Shown here one piece after another: positions 49,394 through 58,778 of a stretch of DNA of 64,000 bases (position 1 is its first letter; every line of letters begins with the position of its first letter). The position numbers and the translations under genes were made by a program. Source of the DNA: Candidatus Enterousia sp. (GTDB lineage: Bacteria > Pseudomonadota > Alphaproteobacteria > Rs-D84). The stretch spans positions 2,674 to 66,673 of the forward strand of contig JAZLAZ010000026.1 in assembly GCA_045613445.1 (NCBI GenBank), in the 5' to 3' direction. The notes beneath the pieces were generated by a model. It saw only the letters and a program-made list of their open reading frames with translations. It was not told the DNA's origin and did no database searches.

Positions 49394-50437
49394 ATGAAAA
49401 TATGGATTGCAACGGGTGGTACAGGTGGGCATGTTTTTCCTGCTCTTAGTGTTGCGACAGAATTAGTCAAACGCGGAAATCAGGTTACAATTTCATGTGA
49501 TGGTCGTGTGCGTAAAATGGTTATGCGTGATAAACCTGAAACAGCACATGTTGTACATGTTTGGGCGTCTGGTGTCGGTGCAAAAAGTCGTATCAAACAA
49601 ATGTACGCATTATTCAAAATTGCTATGTCTGCATTTGCGTTGACTTTGCGTTTTATGTTGTTTCGTCCAGACAGGGTTGTTGCATTTGGTGGGTATGCAT
49701 CAGTACCTGCTGTGTTTGCGGCACATTTTTGGCACATACCAACATTTTTGCATGAACAGAATGCTGCGATTGGACGTGCAAATAAATTTGCAATGCGCTG
49801 GGTTGAAACATTGATGACCAGTTTTCCAAATGTATCAGGTGTAACGAATTCTGCAACGCGTGTTGTTTATACAGGGTTGCCAGTGCGGTCTGATTTTATG
49901 GCATGTGCAGGCGCACCGTTATCTGGGGATATGAAATTGTTAGTTACGGGTGGATCTTTGGGTGCGCAAATCTTAGATGATATTGTCCCTGGTGCTGTTG
50001 CTGCGATGAAAAATAAAAAGATTTTTGTAACACATCAAACACGTCCTGAAAATGTTGAAAGGTTACAAAAATTTTATGCAGATAATAAAATTCATGCAAA
50101 TGTATTGTCTTTTATTCATGATATGTCTGGTGCAATTGTTGGTGCAGATTTAGTTATTGGGCGCAGTGGTGCCAGTACGGTTGTTGAACTGCAAACTGTT
50201 GGACGTCCAGCGATATTTGTACCGCTGGGGATAAATCCAGACCAAACAGCAAATGCAGCCAGTTTTGCAAAATCTGGTGGTGGTTTTGCGATTGAACAAT
50301 CAAAGTTTACACAGCGTTGGTTGACATCTGTATTAAATGATTTGTTTGATAATCCAACACGTTTAGCTAAAATGGCAGATAAAGCCTTGGTAAAAAATAA
50401 TGCGGTCAATTTGATTGCAGATGAAGTGACGGAATAA
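49394..50437 (+). CDS. murG: lipid II N-acetylglucosaminyltransferase
   Basis: GGTGGHVFP, FGGYAS, HEQN, GGSLGA, RSGAST, DQTANA; start after GAGGTG SD. Confidence 0.95.
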   Translation: MKIWIATGGTGGHVFPALSVATELVKRGNQVTISCDGRVRKMVMRDKPETAHVVHVWASGVGAKSRIKQMYALFKIAMSAFALTLRFMLFRPDRVVAFGGYASVPAVFAAHFWHIPTFLHEQNAAIGRANKFAMRWVETLMTSFPNVSGVTNSATRVVYTGLPVRSDFMACAGAPLSGDMKLLVTGGSLGAQILDDIVPGAVAAMKNKKIFVTHQTRPENVERLQKFYADNKIHANVLSFIHDMSGAIVGADLVIGRSGASTVVELQTVGRPAIFVPLGINPDQTANAASFAKSGGGFAIEQSKFTQRWLTSVLNDLFDNPTRLAKMADKALVKNNAVNLIADEVTE

Positions 50438-50521
50438 AATTTGTTTTTACTGATTTGATGTATTTTATACTTGCGTGCGATTCGTCATTTGTTCTATGAT
50501 ATCAGCGTAAGGAAAGGAAAA

Positions 50522-51781
50522 ATGCATCGTATTATAATCTCTGTATTGGCTGTAATTATTGCATTGCCGGCGTTTGCCAGTGCGCGTTTGCCAGTGGTAA
50601 ATGTTGCATCTGGTGGTGTATCTGCGCGCGCTGCATTTGGCGAAGGGGAAATAAAATCGTCATCAAAAGTACAAAAGACGGCAAAAAAATCTGAATCAAC
50701 CAGAACTAAACGCGTTGTCGCACGTGCGGCAAAACCTGTTGTGCAAGCGGCTGATTCTGGTGAAAACATCATTGCTTCGAATGATGTTTTGATGCCAAAT
50801 CGCCCAAGTGCTGATTTGTGGGCAAAAAGTGATGTTGCATTGCGTATGCCAAGTCCAAACGAATTTTCTGTATATCGTACAGATTCCCAGTTGCCAGAGG
50901 AGAGAATTGACCAATCGCGTCCATCTGTTGTTCGTGTTGCGTCATCAGAAAAGTCTGATGATGTTGCGTCTGTTACAGATAGTCAGGTTGCGCGTTTGGT
51001 CGATTTGCAAAAAAAAGCTTCTGATAGTGTTCGTACTGTATCGCCGCGTGTGATTGCTGCGCCAATTACGAAAAATACTGAAGCGCCCGTACATGTTGCA
51101 TCAGTTGCAGATGTTGAACCGGAACATGTGTCATTACGCAGAATGGTTGTTGATATGGATGCAGACGATGTTATCGTGCGTCATGTTGAAAAAAATATGT
51201 CACCTCGTATCGCCAGTGTTCGTGATGATATGACAAAAATGACACCAAATGAATTGCGTAATGCGTTCAGAAAGACATTTCTGTCTGAAAATAAACACTT
51301 GTCTACATATTCTGTTGATGATCGCTTTGATGTTGCCAGCGATATGTCTTCGATGGTCGAAGGTTTTACTGCCAAGGCGGATTTGTCCGAAGGCAGTGGT
51401 ATCAGACCATTAGAAATAAAAATAAAATTTCGTGATGATGATTCTGCGTTGTCGCGTGCAAACTATAATTTGTTGACGGAATATGCTGGTATTGTTGTGA
51501 ATAAACCGACGCGTGCGATTCAAATTGCGATTCCACAACAGATGACAGTAAATAATGATGTCAGAAAATTGGCTGCACGTCGTTTGGCGATTGTTGAACA
51601 AGTTTTGACAGATAACGGTGTGTCAAAACAAAGAATTGTCCCTGTGTTATCAGATCGTAAAGAATCAGGATTTGTTCTGCGTATTATTTCTGGTGATCAG
51701 TATGATGTATTGACCCAACAACAGCAGAATATATTTGGTGATACCGTGGGTAAAAAAACATATAAAAGTATGTCGTGGTAA
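50522..51781 (+). CDS. exported protein with low-complexity N-terminal region and degenerate OmpA-like C-terminal domain
   Basis: AAGGA SD, signal peptide, SARAA/RVVARAA-rich region, C-terminal I.F....S.L..RKLAARR...V...L...GV...RI. Confidence 0.6.
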   Translation: MHRIIISVLAVIIALPAFASARLPVVNVASGGVSARAAFGEGEIKSSSKVQKTAKKSESTRTKRVVARAAKPVVQAADSGENIIASNDVLMPNRPSADLWAKSDVALRMPSPNEFSVYRTDSQLPEERIDQSRPSVVRVASSEKSDDVASVTDSQVARLVDLQKKASDSVRTVSPRVIAAPITKNTEAPVHVASVADVEPEHVSLRRMVVDMDADDVIVRHVEKNMSPRIASVRDDMTKMTPNELRNAFRKTFLSENKHLSTYSVDDRFDVASDMSSMVEGFTAKADLSEGSGIRPLEIKIKFRDDDSALSRANYNLLTEYAGIVVNKPTRAIQIAIPQQMTVNNDVRKLAARRLAIVEQVLTDNGVSKQRIVPVLSDRKESGFVLRIISGDQYDVLTQQQQNIFGDTVGKKTYKSMSW

Positions 51782-52497
51782 AGATACTGAATAAAATTAT
51801 TGGATTTTTGTTTCCGCCGGCGTGTCCATTGTGTGACACGCCGGTATCAACACATGGTGAATTATGTGCAGATTGTTGGATATCTATAAATTGGATTGAT
51901 AATCCGAAATGTGTAAAATGTGGTTATCCTTTTCCCGAAGATTTAGATTTGGGTGGCATACCGCTTTGTCCGACATGTGCGTCTGGTAAATGTGAATTGG
52001 ATTGGGTACGGTCTGCATGTGTGTATGACGATGCATCACGTTCTGCAATGCTACCGTTTAAGCATGGTGGTTGTGTGCAGTATGCGCGATTTATGTCGCG
52101 TGCGATGATGTGGGCGCTGCGTGATATTGATGTTGATATAGATGTTGTAATGCCTGTGCCATTGGCAAACAGGCGTTTGTTCAAACGCGGGTATAATCAG
52201 GCAACGTTATTGGCGCGCCCGATTGCGCATGTGTTAGGTGTTGCGATGGATGTAGGTTCTATAAAACGTATTCATAGGCCGGATATGGGGCATAAAAATG
52301 CACGCGAACGAGCAGCAAATATCCATGGTGTTTTTAGTGTTGTAAACGCAGATAAAATTCGTGGCAAAAGGATATTACTGGTTGATGATGTAATGACGAC
52401 TGGTGCAACATTTTCAGAATTGCGTCGTGTGTTGGTGCGCGCGGGCGCTGCATCTGTATATGGTGTTACATTTTGTCGTGTTGTTCGTGCGATTTAG
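51775..52497 (+). CDS. comF: ComF family competence protein
   Basis: Double zinc ribbon CPLC/CADC/CVKC/CPTC, PVPL, RGYNQA, LLVDDVMTTGAT. Confidence 0.9.
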   Translation: MVKILNKIIGFLFPPACPLCDTPVSTHGELCADCWISINWIDNPKCVKCGYPFPEDLDLGGIPLCPTCASGKCELDWVRSACVYDDASRSAMLPFKHGGCVQYARFMSRAMMWALRDIDVDIDVVMPVPLANRRLFKRGYNQATLLARPIAHVLGVAMDVGSIKRIHRPDMGHKNARERAANIHGVFSVVNADKIRGKRILLVDDVMTTGATFSELRRVLVRAGAASVYGVTFCRVVRAI

Positions 52498-52862
52498 TAT
52501 GCTTGCCCGATTTGGGGGTTTTTAATTGCGTGCAAGAACATGTTTTTTTGTGCAAGTTTTTCTTGTATGATAATTTTTTGAGAACATTTTGTGAGAATTT
52601 CCAAAATATCGTTGCCCAGTTTGTCATGTATTGGAATGTTTATTGGTAATATCAGTCTGTATACGGGTGTTTTTTGTAGTTGTATTTCGTATTCGCACCA
52701 TACGTCTGCGGCGTCAGTATGAGAATATTTTACCGTTAGCATAACTTCGTTATCTGATATGTCTGATCCGATTAAATACACAGAATAATCATTCACCAAT
52801 GTCGGATGGACAAATGATGTTTTGATAAGGTGTAAAATATATTCTTTTATATCTGGGTCCAT
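52494..52862 (-). CDS. orphan hypothetical protein
   Basis: 122-aa ORF with TTGACA upstream (52895-52900, minus strand). Confidence 0.55.
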   Translation of the reverse strand: MDPDIKEYILHLIKTSFVHPTLVNDYSVYLIGSDISDNEVMLTVKYSHTDAADVWCEYEIQLQKTPVYRLILPINIPIHDKLGNDILEILTKCSQKIIIQEKLAQKNMFLHAIKNPQIGQAY

Positions 52863-52918
52863 TGTGTTATTTATTGTTACACAATCTTTCGTTTTGTCAA
52901 TTACAAAAATAAAAAAAT

Positions 52919-52945
52919 AAAAACCGCCTTTTGGCGGTCTTTTTT
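52919..52945 (-). terminator. terminator after rpmH
   Basis: ACCGCC-TTTT-GGCGGT with flanking A/T runs. Confidence 0.75.
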
Positions 52946-53096
52946 AATTTGCGGCAGTAGTAGCCAATCTTTTGCGGCCACATGCGCGACGACGGTTTAA
53001 TACATCGCGGCCCCCAGCAGTTGCCATTCTGGCACGGAAACCATGTGTACGAACACGACGTGTTTTTGATGGTTGGTATGTACGTTTTGTTGCCAT
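52944..53096 (-). CDS. rpmH: 50S ribosomal protein L34 (absent from the ORF track)
   Basis: Manual translation [50 protein letters not shown], 50 aa, AAGGA SD. Confidence 0.97.
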   Translation of the reverse strand: MATKRTYQPSKTRRVRTHGFRARMATAGGRDVLNRRRACGRKRLATTAAN

Positions 53097-53223
53097 GACT
53101 TATGTCCTTACTTTTATTATTGTTTTCTTTGCTTCCACTGTGTTCGAGCAGCATCATAAACACCATGGAAAAAATCCGTTCGTGCGTCTATTTAATCACA
53201 GGTTTTATAAAAACGCAACCTTT

Positions 53224-53319
53224 TTATTTAGATTTTATCAAACCTACTTGTTTTAAGCCTTCAAGAACCATGTAATATGTAAATATGTATACAAAAAGTT
53301 TCCAAGCTGGTAAAAACAT
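53224..53319 (-). CDS. candidate 31-aa membrane peptide
   Basis: MFLPAWKLFVYIFTYYMVLEGLKQVGLIKSK, with AAGGA SD and TTGACA at 53374-53379 upstream. Confidence 0.4.
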   Translation of the reverse strand: MFLPAWKLFVYIFTYYMVLEGLKQVGLIKSK

Positions 53320-53461
53320 ATCTGTCGTCCTTAGTTTTTTTTGTTGATATTATTTAATCACAAAGATTTGTTTTGTCAATGTATTTTTTTGGCATTATTT
53401 CTTGACGAAAAGTGCAAAAATCTGCTATGTTTGATATGTAAAAAACATAGGGAAAGGTAGT

Positions 53462-56194
53462 ATGTCTGAAAATATCAATGAAGTGAATGAAATCCGTGTT
53501 CCGCAGTCGTCGTTGGAACATGAAATGCGTACCAGTTTCTTAGACTATGCGATGTCGGTAATTGTTGATCGTGCATTACCAGATGTTCGTGATGGGTGTA
53601 AGCCTGTACATCGCAGAATTTTGTATGTTATGAATGATGTTGCGCCTGCGACAAAACCGACTGTAAAGTCTGCGCGTATCGTTGGTGATGTTATGGGTAA
53701 GTATCATCCTCATGGTGACAGTTCTATTTACGAAGCGATGGTTCGTATGGGACAGGATTTTTCTATGGGTGAAATGCTGGTTCAGGGACAAGGTAACTTT
53801 GGCTCGCGTGACGGGGACAAGGCTGCGGCTATGCGTTATACCGAAGCCAGGTTGTCGAAACTTGGTGCGTCTTTGATGGATGATATGGACAAAGATACCG
53901 TTGATTGGCAACCGAACTTTGACGGTTCATTGCAAGAACCGGTTGTATTGCCGGCCAAGTTTCCAAATTTCTTGGTAAATGGCGGGTCTGGTATTGCTGT
54001 TGGTATGGCGACAAATGTTCCGACATATAATCTGGGTGAAATTTGTAACGGTATCTTAGCTGTATTGGATAACAAAGATATTACTGATGACGAACTGTTT
54101 ACAATTATCCCAGGGCCAGATTTTCCAACAGGTGCGATGATTATGGGGCATGCTGGTGCATACAAGGCGCACACAACAGGTCGTGGTTCAATTATTATTC
54201 GTTCAAAAACACATATTGAAGATTTTCGTGATCATCAGGCGATTATTGTTGATGAAATACCATATCAGGTAAATAAAGCGCAGATGATTATCAAAATTGC
54301 AGAATTGATAAAAGATAAAAGAATCGAAGGTATTTCTGAAATTCGCGATGAATCATCCAAAGAAGGTCTGCGTATTGTTATTGAATTAAAACGCGACGCG
54401 ATTGCTGATGTTGTATTGAATCATCTGTTTCAGTATACGGAAATGCAAACAAATTTCCCTGTGAATATGATGGCGTTGAACCGTGGTCGTCCAATGTTAT
54501 TCAATGTTCGTGGTGTGTTGGATGCGTTTATTGAATTCCGCAGCGAGGTTATTCGTCGGCGTACGATATTTGATTTGAACAAGGCGCGTAATCGTGCACA
54601 CACATTATTGGGGTTGTCTGTTGCTGTTGGAAATTTGGATGAAGTTATCGAATTGATTAAATCCAGCCCAAATCCAGAAGCTGCACGTGAAGCCTTGATA
54701 TCACGTGGGTGGCGTGCATCTGATATTGAATCCTATATCCAGTTGATTGATGATCCGAATACAGAATACAAAGATGGTATGTTCTTTATGTCCGAAGATC
54801 AGGCGCGTGCAATCTTGGAATTGCAGTTGCATCGTCTGACAGGTTTGGAACGCGACAAGATTCATGATGATTTAACATCATTGGGTACAACAATTCGTGA
54901 TTTGTTGGAAATCTTGGGCAGTTATGAAAGAATTATTCAAATTATTCGTGATGAAACAATTGCGGTTCGTGATAATTGGTCATCACCTCGTCGTACAGAA
55001 ATTTCTGATGCAGAAATTGATATTGATATCGAAGATTTAATTGCGCGTGAAGATATGGTTGTAACTGTTTCTAATACAGGTTATATCAAACGCGTTGCAT
55101 TGGATACTTATCGTGCGCAAAAACGTGGTGGCAAAGGACGCAATGCAATGGCAACCAAGGAAGACGACTATGTTGTTCAGGTCTTTGTTGCAAACACTCA
55201 TACACCATTGTTGTTCTTTAGTTCCAAGGGCTTATGCTATAAATTAAAAACATACAAATTACCAGAAGCGGCGGCAGCGGCCAAGGGGCGTCCATTGATA
55301 AACTTGCTGCCATTGGCCCAAGGTGAAACAATAACTGCGATATTGCCTGTTCCAGAAGAAGAGGTAGAACGCGTAAAAGAATCCGACAAAGAACATTTCT
55401 TGATGTTCGCAACTGCGTCTGGCACAGTTCGTCGTAACCGTATGAGTGACTTTGATTCAATTCGTGCAAATGGTAAAATTGCAATGAAATTGGATGAAGG
55501 AGACAGTTTGATTTCTGTTTTGCCATGTACCGAAGACCAAGATGTGCTGCTGACAACATATCGTGGTCGTGCAATTCGTTTTGCTGTGCCAGAAATCCGT
55601 GTGTTTGCCGGCCGTAATTCAACAGGTGTTCGCGGTATAACATTGGGCAATGACGATAGAATCATTGGTATGGCAATGTTGAACCATGGTGAATCTGATT
55701 CTGCTGTTCGTGCGGCATATATTAAACAATCGCGTGCTGCGCGGCGTGCAGAAACAGGTATCGAAGAAGAAGTATCTTCTGATGAAGAAGAAACAACGCT
55801 GGTTCTGGACGATGCAAAGATGGCAGAAATGGCTGCACGTGAAGAATTTATCTTGACGATATCTGAAAACGGCTTTGGTAAACGCACCAGTTCATACGAG
55901 TATCGTTTAACACATCGTGGTGGTGGCGGATTTGCGAATATCAAACTAGGGGGTAAAAATACGGCTGTTGCAGGTTCTTTCCCTGTAAATAATGACCAAG
56001 ATATTATCATGGTGACAGACGGTGGCAAGATTATTCGTACGCCTGTTGCGGATGTTCGTATTGCGGGTCGTTCAACTGCTGGTGTGACATTGTTCCGTAC
56101 CGCAGAAAATGAAAAAGTTGTATCTGCAATTGCGATAGAGGGTGCATCTGACGAAGAAGCGACAACCGAAGAAACATCAGTTGTTTCTGAATAA
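53462..56194 (+). CDS. gyrA: DNA gyrase subunit A
   Basis: [31 protein letters not shown], GyrA box QKRGGKG, C-terminal blade repeats. Confidence 0.97.
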   Translation: MSENINEVNEIRVPQSSLEHEMRTSFLDYAMSVIVDRALPDVRDGCKPVHRRILYVMNDVAPATKPTVKSARIVGDVMGKYHPHGDSSIYEAMVRMGQDFSMGEMLVQGQGNFGSRDGDKAAAMRYTEARLSKLGASLMDDMDKDTVDWQPNFDGSLQEPVVLPAKFPNFLVNGGSGIAVGMATNVPTYNLGEICNGILAVLDNKDITDDELFTIIPGPDFPTGAMIMGHAGAYKAHTTGRGSIIIRSKTHIEDFRDHQAIIVDEIPYQVNKAQMIIKIAELIKDKRIEGISEIRDESSKEGLRIVIELKRDAIADVVLNHLFQYTEMQTNFPVNMMALNRGRPMLFNVRGVLDAFIEFRSEVIRRRTIFDLNKARNRAHTLLGLSVAVGNLDEVIELIKSSPNPEAAREALISRGWRASDIESYIQLIDDPNTEYKDGMFFMSEDQARAILELQLHRLTGLERDKIHDDLTSLGTTIRDLLEILGSYERIIQIIRDETIAVRDNWSSPRRTEISDAEIDIDIEDLIAREDMVVTVSNTGYIKRVALDTYRAQKRGGKGRNAMATKEDDYVVQVFVANTHTPLLFFSSKGLCYKLKTYKLPEAAAAAKGRPLINLLPLAQGETITAILPVPEEEVERVKESDKEHFLMFATASGTVRRNRMSDFDSIRANGKIAMKLDEGDSLISVLPCTEDQDVLLTTYRGRAIRFAVPEIRVFAGRNSTGVRGITLGNDDRIIGMAMLNHGESDSAVRAAYIKQSRAARRAETGIEEEVSSDEEETTLVLDDAKMAEMAAREEFILTISENGFGKRTSSYEYRLTHRGGGGFANIKLGGKNTAVAGSFPVNNDQDIIMVTDGGKIIRTPVADVRIAGRSTAGVTLFRTAENEKVVSAIAIEGASDEEATTEETSVVSE

Positions 56195-56211
56195 TATTGG
56201 GGTAACAGACT

Positions 56212-56601
56212 GTGGAAAACAAAGAATACTTTTCATCGATAAACGATGTATCAAAGCGTTTGGAACTTCCTGCGCATACATTGCGGTATTGGGAAAAACA
56301 GTTTCCAACCGCAGTGCGTCCAACAACGGGGGCGGGTGGTCGCAGATATTATCGCGCAGAAACGGTTGAAAAGTTATTTGTTATCAAAGATTTGTTATAT
56401 ACACATGGTATGACAATTGCTGGTGTAAAAAAAATGTTGCGCGAAGGTAACTTTCCAACATCGGTTGGGCAGTATAGGTCTGATGATGTTCGTGTATCAT
56501 CAATGCCGATATCTGCACCTGTATCTGCGCCTGTGGTCAATAACTCGGATATTGACATGGCGATAAGTTTCTTAGAATCTGCCCGAAATTTATTGCAATA
56601 A
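56212..56601 (+). CDS. MerR-family transcriptional regulator
   Basis: SI.DV...L.LPAHTLRYWE..F, GGRRYYR, IKDLLY..GMTIAGV. Confidence 0.85.
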   Translation: MENKEYFSSINDVSKRLELPAHTLRYWEKQFPTAVRPTTGAGGRRYYRAETVEKLFVIKDLLYTHGMTIAGVKKMLREGNFPTSVGQYRSDDVRVSSMPISAPVSAPVVNNSDIDMAISFLESARNLLQ

Positions 56602-56628
56602 AAAAATCCCCAATTGGGGATTTTTTTT
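56600..56628. terminator. bidirectional terminator
   Basis: AAAAAAATCCCC-AATT-GGGGATTTTTTT. Confidence 0.85.
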
Positions 56629-57145
56629 ATTTTTGTTTCTGTTGACAGAATATCTTATTCCAGTTGTTTTTGAAACGTTGTCTCAATGGCTGACTGTTGA
56701 TTGAATCGTTCATGATACTGTCTTGGGTCAATTTATCTACTTGTGCTTCTGCTGTTTCTAATTTTTTGTACGCATGTTCCAAATCAATGCTGTTTTCGAT
56801 ACGTCTGTCCATGATTGCGTTTCTAGTAGAATCGATGGTGTTCCACAAAGAATCGATTTTATATTCTAATTCCCAATTTAGTTCTGGGTTTTGTGCATGG
56901 ATACGTGCAAAAGAGTCCATTTGCTTATATTCTGGGTATGTTTTAGCTTCTTCGTATGCTGCATCATAAATGTTGGTAAGTTCTGCATCAATGGCACGTT
57001 CTGCACACCATACCTTGCGATATGCGTTGTCTAAATCTTCTTGATAAAATGGGTGTTTATCATAATTTAATATTGCCAGTCCACTGATAACTGTGGCTGC
57101 TGTCGTGATCATTGCGCCTTTGACGGCAACATTTTTCCAGTTCAT
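56627..57145 (-). CDS. membrane-anchored helical orphan protein ending QQKQK
   Basis: AAGGA SD, N-terminal TM, own consensus promoter. Confidence 0.75.
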   Translation of the reverse strand: MNWKNVAVKGAMITTAATVISGLAILNYDKHPFYQEDLDNAYRKVWCAERAIDAELTNIYDAAYEEAKTYPEYKQMDSFARIHAQNPELNWELEYKIDSLWNTIDSTRNAIMDRRIENSIDLEHAYKKLETAEAQVDKLTQDSIMNDSINSQPLRQRFKNNWNKIFCQQKQK

Positions 57146-57176
57146 TTTATATATCCTTGGTTTGTATTATAGTATA

Positions 57177-57204
57177 ATTATAGTACAAAAATACAAATTG
57201 TCAA
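57177..57204 (-). promoter_or_regulatory. consensus sigma70 promoter
   Basis: TTGACA, 16 nt, TATAAT on the minus strand. Confidence 0.65.
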
Positions 57205-57239
57205 CCATAAAATAAAATATTTCTTCGCGTTTATGGAAC

Positions 57240-57314
57240 TGGCACTCCCAACGGGAATCGAACCCGTGTTACCAGAATGAGAATCTGATGTCCTGACCGC
57301 TAGACGATGGGAGC
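57240..57314 (-). tRNA. tRNA-Glu (CTC)
   Basis: Minus strand GCTCCCATCGTCTAGCGGTCAGGACATCAGATTCTCATTCTGGTAACACGGGTTCGATTCCCGTTGGGAGTGCCA; anticodon loop TTCTCAT. Confidence 0.95.
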
Positions 57315-57422
57315 GTACTGTGTATGCTATATTACCCATAATATATTATGATTTCAAATGAAACTTTTCCTTGTTGTAATAATTTTATATATATTATTAT
57401 AATGTGTACAAAAGAGGTTGTT

Positions 57423-58157
57423 ATGAAGTGGCGTCATTTATTTTCTAATATTGTATGCGGTTTTATCCCAAATAAGCACAAGCGCGATTTAACGCGTGTA
57501 AAAATCAGATATAATACAAAACCATTTGTTAAATTTGTGCGTGATTATATTGGTGATACAAATGCAAAAATAACAACATGTGTTGGATATGGTTGCAGCA
57601 ACTTTATTGTACTGGTAAATTCGCAGTTTGCATTCAAGTTCCCGTTGCGTGATGATGGTGCGGAACGCGCATTGCGTGAATTGCGCATAACCACAGCACT
57701 GCGTAAATATACTAAATTCAAAATACCAGAAATGGAAATTATCAAATGGAATAATATGGCTGTGCGTAAATATGAATTTTTTCCAGGTGTTGTTTTGGGC
57801 GAAATACCACCGCGTATTGCGATGGCAAATCGCCATCATATTGCTGCGCAAATTGCACAGTTTATGTATGAAATTGGTCGCGCAGATCCAACGGATATTC
57901 GTGACTTAAAACCAAACAAGACAGACAAACCAGATTATTTATATGGTTGGTTTCATAATGATATTGGCCAGAATTTTATATTAAATCCAGATACATTTGA
58001 TATTGTTGGGTTTATTGATTGGGAAACGGTAATTTTTGGTTCTTTTAATCCGGGCTTATATGTTGCAGATCATCATTGGGATAAATATGGTTATCGCGGC
58101 TTGACTGTTGATGTTATGGATGCGTACGCCAAATTATATTTTAATACTGATAAATAA
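57423..58157 (+). CDS. APH/choline-kinase-like phosphotransferase
   Basis: GYGCS, FAFKFP, FHNDIGQNF catalytic loop, GFIDWE; GAGG SD before ATG 57423. Confidence 0.75.
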   Translation: MKWRHLFSNIVCGFIPNKHKRDLTRVKIRYNTKPFVKFVRDYIGDTNAKITTCVGYGCSNFIVLVNSQFAFKFPLRDDGAERALRELRITTALRKYTKFKIPEMEIIKWNNMAVRKYEFFPGVVLGEIPPRIAMANRHHIAAQIAQFMYEIGRADPTDIRDLKPNKTDKPDYLYGWFHNDIGQNFILNPDTFDIVGFIDWETVIFGSFNPGLYVADHHWDKYGYRGLTVDVMDAYAKLYFNTDK

Positions 58158-58158
58158 G

Positions 58159-58180
58159 AAAAAGCCCGAAACGGGCTTTT
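58159..58180 (+). terminator. intrinsic terminator
   Basis: AAAAGCCC-GAAAC-GGGCTTTT. Confidence 0.8.
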
Positions 58181-58241
58181 TATATTGCAAAACATATTTT
58201 GTTTTGATAGGCTGGGCGTCACAACAAAATAAAGGAACAAA

Positions 58242-58760
58242 ATGTATAAAATATTAAACACAATTACTTGCTTGTTGAAATTTTTGAAAAATAAAATGCA
58301 TGCAAATAAAGAACGCCGTTTTGCCGCACGTAATCGTTCGCACAACAGGAAAAATGTTTTACGAAATGCAAATGAATCTGTTTCGGCCAAACAGCAAAAT
58401 TTAGAAGAATTGCTAATGGATTTAGAATTAGAAGATATTGCAAAACAAGATGCAAATAAGCCTTTGTTGCATCATGAAGTTGCTGCATGGGTTTCTGCGT
58501 TAAAAAATCAAGAACATGATAGATTGCGTTTTCAAGAAATGTTGGAATCTCGTAAAAATCAAGCCCGTGCAGACGATTTTTTTGAAAATCAAAAATTAAA
58601 AAATATTGCAGATGCACAGTTCTTACGCGAAAAGACATTTTCTAATGAAGGTTCGCAAAAAGCAACAGAAGCAGATACTGCAGATTTGCAAGACCTATAT
58701 GAAGAAACCAAAAATTTGCGCCGTATAGTAGATGTTTATAACCTACAAAAAATGAAATAA
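58242..58760 (+). CDS. charged helical orphan protein ending LQKMK
   Basis: AAGGA SD; 172-aa ORF ending at a terminator. Confidence 0.7.
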   Translation: MYKILNTITCLLKFLKNKMHANKERRFAARNRSHNRKNVLRNANESVSAKQQNLEELLMDLELEDIAKQDANKPLLHHEVAAWVSALKNQEHDRLRFQEMLESRKNQARADDFFENQKLKNIADAQFLREKTFSNEGSQKATEADTADLQDLYEETKNLRRIVDVYNLQKMK

Positions 58761-58778
58761 AACGCCATTTGGCGTTTT
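58759..58778. terminator. bidirectional terminator
   Basis: AAAACGCCA-TT-TGGCGTTTT between convergent orphans. Confidence 0.7.

Noticed and set aside
53189-53362. Two ATTTAATCACA copies near rpmH as DnaA boxes or oriC
   Set aside because: They mismatch the DnaA box consensus, no dnaA is adjacent, and each sits at the -10 position of a minus-strand promoter.
55237-56028. Long antisense ORFs (263 aa in gyrA; similar ones in mutS, rluD, uvrD and ppdK)
   Set aside because: Shadow frames of well-conserved genes with no recognisable motifs.
57423-58157. Aminoglycoside resistance gene
   Set aside because: Only the generic kinase fold motifs are visible; no mobile context, and the neighbours suggest glycan modification.
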